Virus record (IMG/VR): IMGVR_UViG_3300047323_000673
Coordinates: 96,001 to 160,000 of that record
Direction: 5' to 3' (one strand)
Length of the DNA: 64,000 nt
Origin: a virus
The notes under the pieces are model-generated. The model searched no databases, was not told the origin of the DNA, and saw only the letters and a program-made list of their open reading frames with translations. Below, one piece after another: positions 19,780 to 29,844 of the stretch. The number at the start of each line of letters is the position of its first letter. Position 1 is the first letter of the stretch. A program made the position numbers and the translations under genes.

Positions 19780-20592
19780 TTAAACCTTTAATTTCTTACT
19801 ATTTAAAGAGTTGTCATTGATAGGTAAATCATTATGTAAACTTTTGTTTACTTCTCTAATATTAAAACAATTTTCAATTTCATCACGAGCTTCAATAGGA
19901 AGATTACTGCGTATAGTTTGTTTAAGTGTATCAGTCTTTTCTATATTGAGGTCTAAAATAAAGAACTTGACTATTTCTAGATGTTGTTTTTTTATAGCTC
20001 TTTCAAAAACACTTTCAAAATTATTAATTTTATCTTTATAATTTTCTATTCGTGGCTCATCAAAAATATATTGAATAATATCTAGACGGTTAGCTTCACA
20101 AGCAACATCTATAATATATCCATTTTCTGCTTCAATTTGTTCCTGTGTTTGATTCCTATTTGGTAATCTTCGGAAATATTTAAGCATATCTAAAGAGTGG
20201 TTAGTTATAGAGATATTAGTTCCGGCTGAACACCACCCATTATAAGTGGCAAAACTTTTAATTTCAGGTGTATTTAATAAATAATCAATTATATGTGTAT
20301 GCCCAGAATGACAAGCTTGTTCAAAAAGACAATTAATATCTTGATTTAAATCGAAATGTTTATCCAATTTTGGAGAAGTAGTTAAATATTTAAGCATTTT
20401 GAGATTGCCATGTTTAATACAATCTATTAATGGATTATTATATGCGTTTTGTTGATACACTATCTTACGAATAAACTCATCTTTGGATGTTAATAATTGA
20501 TGAACTTTTTTAAAATCATTGTTAATGCAAGCTTGAGAAAATTCCTCTTCTATCTCCCAGCTTTCTTTTATTATTGGATGTATTATTCTCAT
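19780..20592 (-). CDS. Ankyrin-repeat protein, array 2 (gene 16)
   Basis: ACINND, ACHSGHTHIIDYLL; tail KKLKV. Confidence 0.9.
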   Translation of the reverse strand: MRIIHPIIKESWEIEEEFSQACINNDFKKVHQLLTSKDEFIRKIVYQQNAYNNPLIDCIKHGNLKMLKYLTTSPKLDKHFDLNQDINCLFEQACHSGHTHIIDYLLNTPEIKSFATYNGWCSAGTNISITNHSLDMLKYFRRLPNRNQTQEQIEAENGYIIDVACEANRLDIIQYIFDEPRIENYKDKINNFESVFERAIKKQHLEIVKFFILDLNIEKTDTLKQTIRSNLPIEARDEIENCFNIREVNKSLHNDLPINDNSLNSKKLKV

Positions 20593-21158
20593 AATTTTGT
20601 CTTTTTTGCTTTAGCTTCTTTAGTATTAAGTTCTGAATTTAATGATGTATTTAAATCTCGCATTTCAAGTAATTTTTCAAAATAGTCTTTTAATTCTCCA
20701 GGCAATTGGTTCAGATCTAAATTAAAAGATTCAGTTCTTGGAATATTCAATTCAGTAATAATATATTCCATCATTTTTATCTGTTTAAAACGAGCAGCTT
20801 GATTAAAAGCATGTTCAAGATCAGCATATTTTTCCTTATATTCTTTTAAATGTGGTGTTTTAAAAAGATAATCCATAATTTTGAATTTTGCTTCACCACT
20901 AGCAATATGTAATGCTGATCCATCATTTATAGTTCTATAAACAGGTTCTGAATCAACAAGATTAAGAAGATAATCTAAAACTTTAGGAGAATCATTATGA
21001 CAAGCATTGTATACTCCTTGAATGCAGAAATGCTCATGTGTACGATTTAAATGTGGAGTATTAAAAATGTAATCAAGTATATGTATATCTTCATTTTTAC
21101 ATGCCTCTTCAAATTTAAGGTATAAATCTTTTTCATTTAAATTACTATAATCAGTCAT
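20589..21158 (-). CDS. Ankyrin-repeat protein, array 2 (gene 15; start moved to 21158)
   Basis: MTDYSNLNEKDL 1 nt after upstream TAA; ACKNED, ALHIASG; tail KKTKL. Confidence 0.85.
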   Translation of the reverse strand: MTDYSNLNEKDLYLKFEEACKNEDIHILDYIFNTPHLNRTHEHFCIQGVYNACHNDSPKVLDYLLNLVDSEPVYRTINDGSALHIASGEAKFKIMDYLFKTPHLKEYKEKYADLEHAFNQAARFKQIKMMEYIITELNIPRTESFNLDLNQLPGELKDYFEKLLEMRDLNTSLNSELNTKEAKAKKTKL

Positions 21159-21159
21159 A

Positions 21160-22020
21160 TTACACCTTTGGTTTTTTAGTTTTGGCATCATTAAATTGTA
21201 AGTTATTTACCAAGTCATGAAAATCAAACATTTTTTCAATTGCCTCGTTAGGAAATTTTTTTAAATGTTCCGCAATATCTTTCGTTTTTTCAATATTGAA
21301 GTCAACGATTAAATATCTCAAAACATTAAGCATTGTACCATTATGAGCACACTTATAGATTATATCATTATCTTCATGGATATGTATCTTATCTTTAAGA
21401 TCAGGTGAAGTTAATAGGTATTTAATAACATCTATTTTATCATTTGATTCAGCAGTGTACAAAATTGTACTATTTTTCAATGTTTTGAGAGCAAATGAAT
21501 AGTTTGTTTCAAAGAAATATTTTAAAACATGATTATGTCCATTTCTTACAGCTAAGGTAACTCCATACTCAAAAGCAGGAAAGTTACTTTTAATTCCTAA
21601 CTCTTGTTTAAACAAATAATTAATTATTTTTAAATGTCCGTTTTTACAAGCTTCATAGAAGCCTGCTTCAATACCATTAGGTTTTTTTTTAAGATTTAAC
21701 TCAGATGAATTTAATAGATATTCAACAATATCTAATTTTCCATTAGAACATGCAACTTTAAATGCATCCTTTAATAAATATTTTTTAAATTTAGCAGAAA
21801 TAATATTGTTTAATTCTTCAGAATTAATCATATATTCTATAATATCAAGATATCCTTGTTCAGCAGCAATTAATAACATATTTTTAGGGATGGTATTATT
21901 GCATTTTTTAGCCTTAGTAATATTAAATATTTCTTTAATAAGATTTAAATCATTATTAAAGCAAGCAGTGCATAAAACAGAATTAAGATCTTGCTTTGAG
22001 AGTTCAGAGTAATTCTTCAT
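21160..22020 (-). CDS. Ankyrin-repeat protein, array 2 (gene 14)
   Basis: AAEQGYLDIIEY, ACSNGKLDIVEYLL, ACKNGHLKIINYL; tail KKPKV. Confidence 0.92.
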   Translation of the reverse strand: MKNYSELSKQDLNSVLCTACFNNDLNLIKEIFNITKAKKCNNTIPKNMLLIAAEQGYLDIIEYMINSEELNNIISAKFKKYLLKDAFKVACSNGKLDIVEYLLNSSELNLKKKPNGIEAGFYEACKNGHLKIINYLFKQELGIKSNFPAFEYGVTLAVRNGHNHVLKYFFETNYSFALKTLKNSTILYTAESNDKIDVIKYLLTSPDLKDKIHIHEDNDIIYKCAHNGTMLNVLRYLIVDFNIEKTKDIAEHLKKFPNEAIEKMFDFHDLVNNLQFNDAKTKKPKV

Positions 22021-22021
22021 A

Positions 22022-22777
22022 TTAAACCTTTGGTTTTTTACTTATAGAAGTATTATCAGATTGAGTAGATAATTCTTCTTTTAAAGATTTATTTAACTCT
22101 CTAACATTAAACATATTATCTACATCTTTTTTAAAGACATGGCTCATATATTCTTTAATATCTTCAGTTTTTTCTAAATTTAAATCAAAGATAAAATATC
22201 TTAAGACTTCAAAGTGATTACGGTCATAAGCTGCTCTAAATAATTGATTCCCATTATCTTGAAGACCAAACTTTATTTTTATATCTGGTGACTCCATTAA
22301 ATATTTTACAATTTCAAGCCTACCTTCATCACAAGCAGCATCTAAAATAATGCCATTTTTCAATCCTTTTAGCATGAGTGGATCATCAGGAAAGGATTCA
22401 AAAATATATTTGAGAATATTCAAATGGCCAAAACTACTACAATATAATGCAGCCATCATGGGAGCATCAGAATTAGCATTCTCATCCTTAAGCTCTGGCT
22501 GCTCTAATAAAAATTTAGTAATCTCAAAATAACCTTTTTCACAAGTAATTTTTACTAATTCCCTAACTTCATCTAATACTTTAAATGTTCTTCTAGCTTC
22601 CCACATGTCAAAGATGCATTTAACAATTTCTAATTGATTATCAAAGCAACCATGAAGAAGCATTTGATGAACAGATACTTGATTAGAATATTTGAACAAA
22701 TCCGAATCTAAAAAATTTTTTAAAAAATTAATATCACCATTTTTACATGCATTATAAACTTCTTGTACAGTAATCAT
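22022..22777 (-). CDS. Ankyrin-repeat protein, array 2 (gene 13)
   Basis: ACKNGD, ACDEGRLEIVKYL; tail KKPKV. Confidence 0.9.
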   Translation of the reverse strand: MITVQEVYNACKNGDINFLKNFLDSDLFKYSNQVSVHQMLLHGCFDNQLEIVKCIFDMWEARRTFKVLDEVRELVKITCEKGYFEITKFLLEQPELKDENANSDAPMMAALYCSSFGHLNILKYIFESFPDDPLMLKGLKNGIILDAACDEGRLEIVKYLMESPDIKIKFGLQDNGNQLFRAAYDRNHFEVLRYFIFDLNLEKTEDIKEYMSHVFKKDVDNMFNVRELNKSLKEELSTQSDNTSISKKPKV

Positions 22778-22778
22778 A

Positions 22779-23543
22779 TTATACTTTCATTGTTCTATTT
22801 TTATTTTTACTACTAGTAAGTAAATTATTTTGAAGAGAGTTATTTAAATCTCTTATCTCAAACATCTTTTCTACATCTTTATTAGGATATGTGTTTAAAT
22901 ATTTTTTTATACTTTCAGTTTTTTCAATATTTAACTCAAATATGAGATATCTTAAATTCTCTAATGCTTGTTTTTCACAAGCTGTTTCAAATCCTTTTGC
23001 TAGATTTTTTTGCAAATTATAATTAGGTAAACTTATTAAATATTGTAAAACTAAAATATTATTATCTTTACAACAAGCAGCATCAAAAATTTCTTTTTCA
23101 GGATTTGGAATATTAGACATATAATTCTCATGTGTCTCTACAAAATATTTTAAGATATTTAAATGTCCATATTGAGCAGCACACATTGTTCCAAAATAAA
23201 GTATAGTAGAATTATGGTTAATTTTTATTGATGGTGTATCAGTTAAATATTTAACTATATCTATATGACCATATTGACTGGAATAATTCATAAATTGTGA
23301 AATATTTAGTGAATTATTAAAATATTTTTCAAATGGAGATTCAAAAAGAACTTTCATTATTTCTAGTCTACCTAGAATACAACATTCTTTAATCATTGCA
23401 ACCATAAACTGATCAAATTTTGATTCATGGATTAACCAGTTAGACTGTAAAAATTCTTTTACAAAATTGACATTATCATTTGCACAAGCTTCTTGTAATT
23501 TATCAGCTATTTCCTGTGGAGTAAATGTATCAATATTTTTCAT
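22779..23543 (-). CDS. Ankyrin-repeat protein, array 2 (gene 12); close paralog of next
   Basis: MKNIDTFTPQEI; AAQYGHLNILKY; tail RTMKV. Confidence 0.9.
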   Translation of the reverse strand: MKNIDTFTPQEIADKLQEACANDNVNFVKEFLQSNWLIHESKFDQFMVAMIKECCILGRLEIMKVLFESPFEKYFNNSLNISQFMNYSSQYGHIDIVKYLTDTPSIKINHNSTILYFGTMCAAQYGHLNILKYFVETHENYMSNIPNPEKEIFDAACCKDNNILVLQYLISLPNYNLQKNLAKGFETACEKQALENLRYLIFELNIEKTESIKKYLNTYPNKDVEKMFEIRDLNNSLQNNLLTSSKNKNRTMKV

Positions 23544-23545
23544 AC

Positions 23546-24310
23546 TTAAACCTTTGGCTTTTTATTCACAGAAGTGTTTAATTCCATATTTGAATGCAAA
23601 TTATTATGTAAATCTCTTATTTGGAACATTCTTTCTACTTCATCATTTTTATATTTTTTCAAATAAAAATTAACATTACTATTTCTTTCAATATTTAAAT
23701 CAAAGACAATATATTTTAAATTATCTAAATTACCTTTGTATAAAGATGATTCAAATCCTTTTTCAATATTTTTTTGTACATTATAATTGGGTAATGTTAC
23801 TAAATATTGTAAAATAGGTAAATTATTTTTCCGACAAGCAGATTCAAAAATTTCTGATTCAGGTTGAATGCTATTAACTAAATAATTTTTATTTGGATCT
23901 AATAAGTATTTAACGATATCTAAATGACCATGTTCAGCAGCAACCATTGCACCAAATTGAGGAGTTGTAAAATTGTCTCCGATTTTTACTGCTGGCGTAT
24001 CAATTAAATATTTAACTATATCAATATGACCGTTTTTACTAGCATGTGTGAAAAAACATTGAATTTTGTGAGGTGAGTTAATTACAGGCTCAAATACAGA
24101 ATTAAAAAGATTTTTTACTATATCTAAAGAACCATGAATACAACTTATTTCTAGTAAATTAAGTATTAATTTTTCAAATCTAGGAATATTAGATTCACTT
24201 ATCCAGTCAGATTTTAAAAAATCATGTAAAAAACTAGCATTGCCAATTTTTGCCACCTCTTTTAACTTATCTACAAGTTCATTGGGAGTAAGTGTATCAA
24301 TATTCTGCAT
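23546..24310 (-). CDS. Ankyrin-repeat protein, array 2 (gene 11)
   Basis: MQNIDTLTPNEL; ASKNGHIDIVKYL, AAEHGHLDIVKYLL; tail KKPKV. Confidence 0.92.
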   Translation of the reverse strand: MQNIDTLTPNELVDKLKEVAKIGNASFLHDFLKSDWISESNIPRFEKLILNLLEISCIHGSLDIVKNLFNSVFEPVINSPHKIQCFFTHASKNGHIDIVKYLIDTPAVKIGDNFTTPQFGAMVAAEHGHLDIVKYLLDPNKNYLVNSIQPESEIFESACRKNNLPILQYLVTLPNYNVQKNIEKGFESSLYKGNLDNLKYIVFDLNIERNSNVNFYLKKYKNDEVERMFQIRDLHNNLHSNMELNTSVNKKPKV

Positions 24311-24312
24311 AA

Positions 24313-25086
24313 TTAAACCTTTAATTTTTTGTTTTTTTCTTGATTAATACTCATCTCAGACTTTAAATTACTATTTAAATCTCTCATCATAAACATTTTT
24401 TCAATTTCTTTGTTTGGTTTTTCTTTGAGTATTGCTGCAATATCATCAGTTTTATCTAAATTTAAATCAAATATTAAATATTTTACAACATCAAAATTAT
24501 TGTTTTCATATGCTGCTCGAAAATGACAATCAGAATGTTCGTGAATATTATCATTATGTAAAACATTAATAGAATGAAGATATTTTAAAATTGGAACTTC
24601 TCCATACTCACATGCGGTATTTGTTAAGTTGCCATTTTTAATGACATCTTCATTTAATAAATATTTAAACTCCTTTAAAAGATATTTAATAATATTTAAT
24701 CTACCATCTTTCGCAGCATTTGTTAATCCTATTGAAAATAAAATTGCAGGGTTTGATCGTTGAACATGTAAGTCTTTAGATAAATATTCAACTGTTTTTA
24801 AATGACCATTTTCACAAGAAATTTTAAAATATTCTGTAATATAGTGTTCACGATTAATCCTATTCTGGAAAGGAGAAGACTCAATCAAATATTTTATAAT
24901 ACTTGTTTTTCCATTAGAACAAGAAGTTAGGCCCATTCTATAAAAAAGATTACCTGTATCCATTGAATAAATAGTATCAAAATCATTTTTAATAATTTGT
25001 TTCAGAAGATTAATTTGACCTGAACGACAGGAACTTAATAATTTATCGCTTAATGCTGCTTCAGTTAATGGAGAATAGTTATTCAT
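24313..25086 (-). CDS. Ankyrin-repeat protein, array 2 (gene 10)
   Basis: SCENGHLKTVEYL, AAKDGRLNIIKYLL; tail KKLKV. Confidence 0.9.
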   Translation of the reverse strand: MNNYSPLTEAALSDKLLSSCRSGQINLLKQIIKNDFDTIYSMDTGNLFYRMGLTSCSNGKTSIIKYLIESSPFQNRINREHYITEYFKISCENGHLKTVEYLSKDLHVQRSNPAILFSIGLTNAAKDGRLNIIKYLLKEFKYLLNEDVIKNGNLTNTACEYGEVPILKYLHSINVLHNDNIHEHSDCHFRAAYENNNFDVVKYLIFDLNLDKTDDIAAILKEKPNKEIEKMFMMRDLNSNLKSEMSINQEKNKKLKV

Positions 25087-25111
25087 AATAAAATGTATTT
25101 TTAATAAATAT

Positions 25112-25139
25112 ATTCTATCAAATAGAAACTAATCATCAA
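25112..25139 (-). promoter_or_regulatory. Internal sigma70-like promoter in array 2
   Basis: Minus strand TTGATG-16 nt-TAGAAT with TGn extension, in one of the two long intergenic gaps of the array. Confidence 0.55.
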
Positions 25140-25147
25140 CTAAATTG

Positions 25148-25933
25148 TTAAACTTTTATCTTTTTAATTGATGATTGTGAATTTTTCAATTCTGATTGAA
25201 GATCACTATATAAATCTCTTCTTTTGAACATTTCTTCAACATGAGAAAGCTCATATGCTTCTATATATTGAGAGATATCATCAGTTTTAGGTAAATTTAA
25301 ATCAACAATCAAATACTCTACAATATGCCATTTATCAAAAGAACAAGCTGTTCTAAAGTAAATATTTTTATCATGGGAAAGTTCAATATGCTGACTTAAT
25401 TTAGGATTCTGCATGATATATTTAATTATATCAAGGTAGCCTTCCATACAAGCTGTATCAAACATTTTACGAGCCAAATGATAATGATGTAAATCATAAT
25501 CTTTAGTAAAGTCATCAATTAGATATTTAACTATAGATACATGTCCTTGCTCATAAGCATTCTTAACCCCCTCTGTAAATGAAACTGCTTCATAAATATT
25601 CCTTTGTAAGCCAGGTGTTTCCAATGTATATTTAACTATATCTAAACAACCATTATTACAGGCATTTTTAAAGATATAATCATTATAAACATTTATATTA
25701 GCATGTTCCTTTAAGTCAGGCGATGTTAATAAATAACTAAAGACCTCTACATTATTATTGTCAGCAGCATGTCTTAATGCTTTATCATTTCTATAATGAA
25801 TATTTATTTTAAAAGGAAGTACTGAAGATGTTAATAAATACTTAACTGACTCAATATCATTTTTTTCGCAAGCATTAACAAACTCATCATGTAATGCTTC
25901 TTCATCTAAAAATTTATAATCATCTATTTTCAT
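25148..25933 (-). CDS. Ankyrin-repeat protein, array 2 (gene 9)
   Basis: IHYRNDKALRHAA, LTSPDLKEHANI; tail KKIKV. Confidence 0.92.
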   Translation of the reverse strand: MKIDDYKFLDEEALHDEFVNACEKNDIESVKYLLTSSVLPFKINIHYRNDKALRHAADNNNVEVFSYLLTSPDLKEHANINVYNDYIFKNACNNGCLDIVKYTLETPGLQRNIYEAVSFTEGVKNAYEQGHVSIVKYLIDDFTKDYDLHHYHLARKMFDTACMEGYLDIIKYIMQNPKLSQHIELSHDKNIYFRTACSFDKWHIVEYLIVDLNLPKTDDISQYIEAYELSHVEEMFKRRDLYSDLQSELKNSQSSIKKIKV

Positions 25934-26697
25934 ATTTTTATTCTTTTATTTGTAGTTTGATTATCTTCAAGCTCGGAAGTAAGCTGTTGATTTATTTCTC
26001 GTAATTCAAATAATTTAATAACAGATTCATTAGGATTTTTGGAAAAATAGCTTTTTAAATCATTGTCTAAATTTATATTTTTATTAAAGATAAAATATTT
26101 AATAACTTCCATTTCATCAAATGAACATGCACTTTTAAATGCTAAGTTATAATTGATAGGAAAACGATAATTAGTTAAATCAGGTGATTCTAAAAGATAC
26201 TTTACAATATCAATATGACCATGTTGGGAAGCAGCAGAGAGTATACCTCCATTTAATAACATTTTTCCGATTCTAGAATTATCTTTTTGAGGAGTTAATA
26301 GTGCCTGTAAAAGATGAAGATGTCCATTTCTAGATGCAATTAATGCTTGATCCATACAAAATTTTGAGAAAATATTATCTTTAATTATACTAGAATTCGT
26401 TATTATATAAGAAATAATTTCGAATTCGTATTCATCACAACATTCTAGTAAAATTCCATTAACATTATCAGGCAAATTAACATATTGAGAAACATAATTA
26501 TCTTCAAAAAGATATTTTACAATATTTAAATGACCATTTTTACCTGCCTCATAAAGTAAATCATACCCATAGTTGTTATACTCTTCAAACATTAATTTAT
26601 CAGTTAATTTTTGGAGGGTTTGCAAATCTCCTATTTTACAAGATTCTTTTGCTTTTTTAAATAACTCACGCTGAGTTAAATTATGATAATCGTTCAT
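25930..26697 (-). CDS. Ankyrin-repeat protein, array 2 (gene 8)
   Basis: AGKNGHLNIVKYLF, ASQHGHIDIVKYLL; tail KRIKI. Confidence 0.92.
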   Translation of the reverse strand: MNDYHNLTQRELFKKAKESCKIGDLQTLQKLTDKLMFEEYNNYGYDLLYEAGKNGHLNIVKYLFEDNYVSQYVNLPDNVNGILLECCDEYEFEIISYIITNSSIIKDNIFSKFCMDQALIASRNGHLHLLQALLTPQKDNSRIGKMLLNGGILSAASQHGHIDIVKYLLESPDLTNYRFPINYNLAFKSACSFDEMEVIKYFIFNKNINLDNDLKSYFSKNPNESVIKLFELREINQQLTSELEDNQTTNKRIKI

Positions 26698-26722
26698 ATT
26701 AATTTTAGTTATATAGATCTTT

Positions 26723-26750
26723 ATTATAGCAAAATAAAATTAATGAACAA
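26723..26750 (-). promoter_or_regulatory. Internal sigma70-like promoter in array 2
   Basis: Minus strand TTGTTC-16 nt-TATAAT with TGc extension. Confidence 0.6.
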
Positions 26751-26755
26751 TAAAT

Positions 26756-27529
26756 TTAAATTTTAGTTTTTTTAATTGGTATTATATTAGGCTCTAAATT
26801 TTTATTTAATTCTGAATTTAAATCACGAATTTCAAAATATTTATCTACATTTTCATTAGGATAACGAGATAAAGACTCTAATATATAAGGTGTTTTCTCA
26901 ATATTTAAATCAATAATAAAGTATTTAAGAATATCTAGATGTTTATGTTGTAATGCATTATCAAAGCCAACATCATTATCTAAATGGATATTTGCATGTT
27001 CTGATAATTCAGGTGAAGTTAATACATATTGCACAATGTTTAAATGTCCATTTAAAACAGCTTGTTTAAATGCTTTGTTTTGACCATATTCAATAGACAA
27101 TCTATTTGTTGGAGATATGTCAGGTGAAGTAAGAAAATATTTAAGAACATTTAACTGACCAGAATTTGCTGCATAAGTGACTCCGTCCATGCATGATACT
27201 TTAAAATTAATGGTTCTTTCGTAAGTATCATAGAGAATGTATTTAACAAGCTCTAAATGACCATTTATACAAGCTTGTCTAAAAGGATTATCATTTCTAG
27301 TCATTATGTTTGCATTCTCTTCTAAATCTGGTGATGTTAAAAGATAATTTACAAGTTCTAAATGGCCTTTTTCAGCCACAAAGCTAAGTATAGTATTTGG
27401 GTGGGCTATAACCTTTCTAGCATGTTTACAAGTAAAAAGGCTTTTAAGAGTTTCTAAATCACCATCCTCACAGCACTGTTGTAATATATCCTGTATTTTT
27501 TCTTCACTTAAAATTGAATACCTACTCAT
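26756..27529 (-). CDS. Ankyrin-repeat protein, array 2 (gene 7)
   Basis: AEKGHLELVNYLLTSPDLEENANI, ACINGHLELVKY; tail KKTKI. Confidence 0.92.
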   Translation of the reverse strand: MSRYSILSEEKIQDILQQCCEDGDLETLKSLFTCKHARKVIAHPNTILSFVAEKGHLELVNYLLTSPDLEENANIMTRNDNPFRQACINGHLELVKYILYDTYERTINFKVSCMDGVTYAANSGQLNVLKYFLTSPDISPTNRLSIEYGQNKAFKQAVLNGHLNIVQYVLTSPELSEHANIHLDNDVGFDNALQHKHLDILKYFIIDLNIEKTPYILESLSRYPNENVDKYFEIRDLNSELNKNLEPNIIPIKKTKI

Positions 27530-27530
27530 G

Positions 27531-28319
27531 TTATACCTTTAATTGTTTATGCTGTAATTTGTTTTTAGATAACTCTAATTCAAGAGAATTATGTAAATCT
27601 CTAATTTTAAAAAAATCATTTATTTTATGTGTTATTGTATTATCTGATGAATAAAGATGATTTTTTATTTCTTCAGTTTGCTCTAACTGCTGTTCAAAAA
27701 TTAAAAATTCAATAATATCTAAATGTGAATATGAGCAAGCTCCTTTAAAACATGAATCATTATTAAAGTGGAAATCTAATTTCTGATTAAAATAAGGTAA
27801 TTGTATAAGATATTTTAAAATATCAAGCCTACCACATTCACATGCTGCTTCTAATATCCTTTCTTTGTCATAATTTATATTTTGATGATGAATTTCAGTT
27901 GAATTTAATATATAATCTACAACTTCAATTTTATCATAATAGATTCCTCTTATTATAGCTTCGTAAGAATATTTTTGTAATTGGAACTTATCATTAATGC
28001 TTGGATCAAATAAAAAATATTTAATGATATTTAAATGACCATTTTTACATGCCCATCTAAAAGCATCACTCGATTGTGAATGAGGATTTGCATGAGATTT
28101 TAAATCAGGAGAAGTTAGTAAATATTTTAAAACTTCTAAATTTCCATAACGACATGCTAAAGAAATACATTCATCATTTTCAAAATGAATATCAGCATTA
28201 TTTTCAAGTTCATTTGAAGTAAGTAAATACTTAACTAAATCTAAATTTCCTTTAATACAAGCTACATGAAACTCATGATTTGCTTCATCAAAATTTAATT
28301 TTTTATAATTTTTTTCCAT
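27531..28319 (-). CDS. Ankyrin-repeat protein, array 2 (gene 6)
   Basis: ACRYGNLEVLKYLLTSPDLK, ACKNGHLNIIKY; tail KQLKV. Confidence 0.92.
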   Translation of the reverse strand: MEKNYKKLNFDEANHEFHVACIKGNLDLVKYLLTSNELENNADIHFENDECISLACRYGNLEVLKYLLTSPDLKSHANPHSQSSDAFRWACKNGHLNIIKYFLFDPSINDKFQLQKYSYEAIIRGIYYDKIEVVDYILNSTEIHHQNINYDKERILEAACECGRLDILKYLIQLPYFNQKLDFHFNNDSCFKGACSYSHLDIIEFLIFEQQLEQTEEIKNHLYSSDNTITHKINDFFKIRDLHNSLELELSKNKLQHKQLKV

Positions 28320-28321
28320 AA

Positions 28322-29092
28322 TTAAATTTTATTTTTTTTGATTTTTTCTTGATTTTCATTTAATTCTGACTGAAGTCCTTGATTCAAATCTCTTAGCTCA
28401 AATAATTTTTCAACTTCATTATCACCATGTATAAAAATTTTTATTGTTTCAGTTTTTTTAATATTTAAATCAAAAATAAGATATTTAAGCACATTAATTT
28501 GGTCATATTGATGTGCATAGAAAAATCCTTTATCATCATTAATATGTATATCAATATGTTTATTTAATTCAGGTGAAGTAAGTAGATATTTAACCATATC
28601 TAAGTAGCCATGCTCACATGCAAACTCTAATAATCTGCCTTCTTTTAAATCAACCTTTGGATTATCAGGTATTTCAGGAGATGTTAGAAAATATTTTAAA
28701 ATATTTAAATGACCATATCTAGCTGCCAATATAATACCTTTATCACAATTATATTTAAGTGTAGGTTTTTGACATACTTCAAGTGAAAACAAATAATATT
28801 TAATGACATCTAAATTACCACCTCTGCAAGCCTTTTCATAAGAGTAAGAATCTGCAATAGCATGCTCTTTAAGCTCTGGGGATGTTAAAAGATATTTAAG
28901 AACATCAAGATGCCCATTAAGTGCTGCTAAAGCAACACATTCATCTCCAGCATAATGTATTTTAGCATTATATTTTAACTTGGAAGATGTAAGAAAATAT
29001 CTGACAAGATTTAAATCGCCAGCTTCACAAGCATCAAGAAATGTCATATTTAACTCATCTTGAGTTAATTCATTATAATTAACAGAAATCAT
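28322..29092 (-). CDS. Ankyrin-repeat protein, array 2 (gene 5)
   Basis: AALNGHLDVLKYLLTSPELKEHA; tail KKNKI. Confidence 0.92.
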   Translation of the reverse strand: MISVNYNELTQDELNMTFLDACEAGDLNLVRYFLTSSKLKYNAKIHYAGDECVALAALNGHLDVLKYLLTSPELKEHAIADSYSYEKACRGGNLDVIKYYLFSLEVCQKPTLKYNCDKGIILAARYGHLNILKYFLTSPEIPDNPKVDLKEGRLLEFACEHGYLDMVKYLLTSPELNKHIDIHINDDKGFFYAHQYDQINVLKYLIFDLNIKKTETIKIFIHGDNEVEKLFELRDLNQGLQSELNENQEKIKKNKI

Positions 29093-29844
29093 ATTTTTAT
29101 TTTTTTAGTTGATTGATGATTAGTTTCTAAGTTTTCATGCAAATTTCTATTTAATTCTCTTTTATTAAACAACTCAACTATATCATATCTATTATTTTCT
29201 ACTAAATAATCTCTAATATGTTGGTTCATTTCTATCTTTAAATCAAAAATAAAATAATTAAAAACTGCCATTTGATTATTTTTGCATGCTTCATATATTC
29301 CATAATAAATCATATCTGATACATTAACATTATTAACAAATTCTGGATAATTTAGTAAATACTTTAATATGTTAACATGCCCTTTTTCACAAGTAGATGG
29401 AAATATATCACTTAAGGTTTTTATTTTATTAATATTTTTAAATTGAATATCTGTTAAAAAATAATTTAGAAGTTCTTCTTGTCCAAAAGTTGCTGACATT
29501 ATTATACCCATATTAGCTATATGAGATTTATCTTTTTTTAATGTAGGCAAAGTAAACAAGTATTTTAATATTTCTAGTTGTCCAGTCTCAAAAGAAGAAT
29601 TATAAATAGTGCCAGAATAATCAGAATGTTTGTTTTTTAATAGATACTTTACTATTTCTATTCTTCCAAATAATGTTGCAGATTTAACGGATTCTCGATA
29701 ATTAAATTCTAGATCTGCTTTAATATTTAAATCATCTGATTCAAGTAAGTATTTAGCTAAATTTAAATCACCATCAATACAAGCATGTACGAGTGCTTTA
29801 TTTAATTCATCTTGAGTTAGTTCATTATAATTTACAGAATTCAT
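29089..29844 (-). CDS. Ankyrin-repeat protein, array 2 (gene 4)
   Basis: ACIDGDLNLAKYLL; N-terminus nearly identical to gene 5; tail KKIKI. Confidence 0.9.
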   Translation of the reverse strand: MNSVNYNELTQDELNKALVHACIDGDLNLAKYLLESDDLNIKADLEFNYRESVKSATLFGRIEIVKYLLKNKHSDYSGTIYNSSFETGQLEILKYLFTLPTLKKDKSHIANMGIIMSATFGQEELLNYFLTDIQFKNINKIKTLSDIFPSTCEKGHVNILKYLLNYPEFVNNVNVSDMIYYGIYEACKNNQMAVFNYFIFDLKIEMNQHIRDYLVENNRYDIVELFNKRELNRNLHENLETNHQSTKKIKI

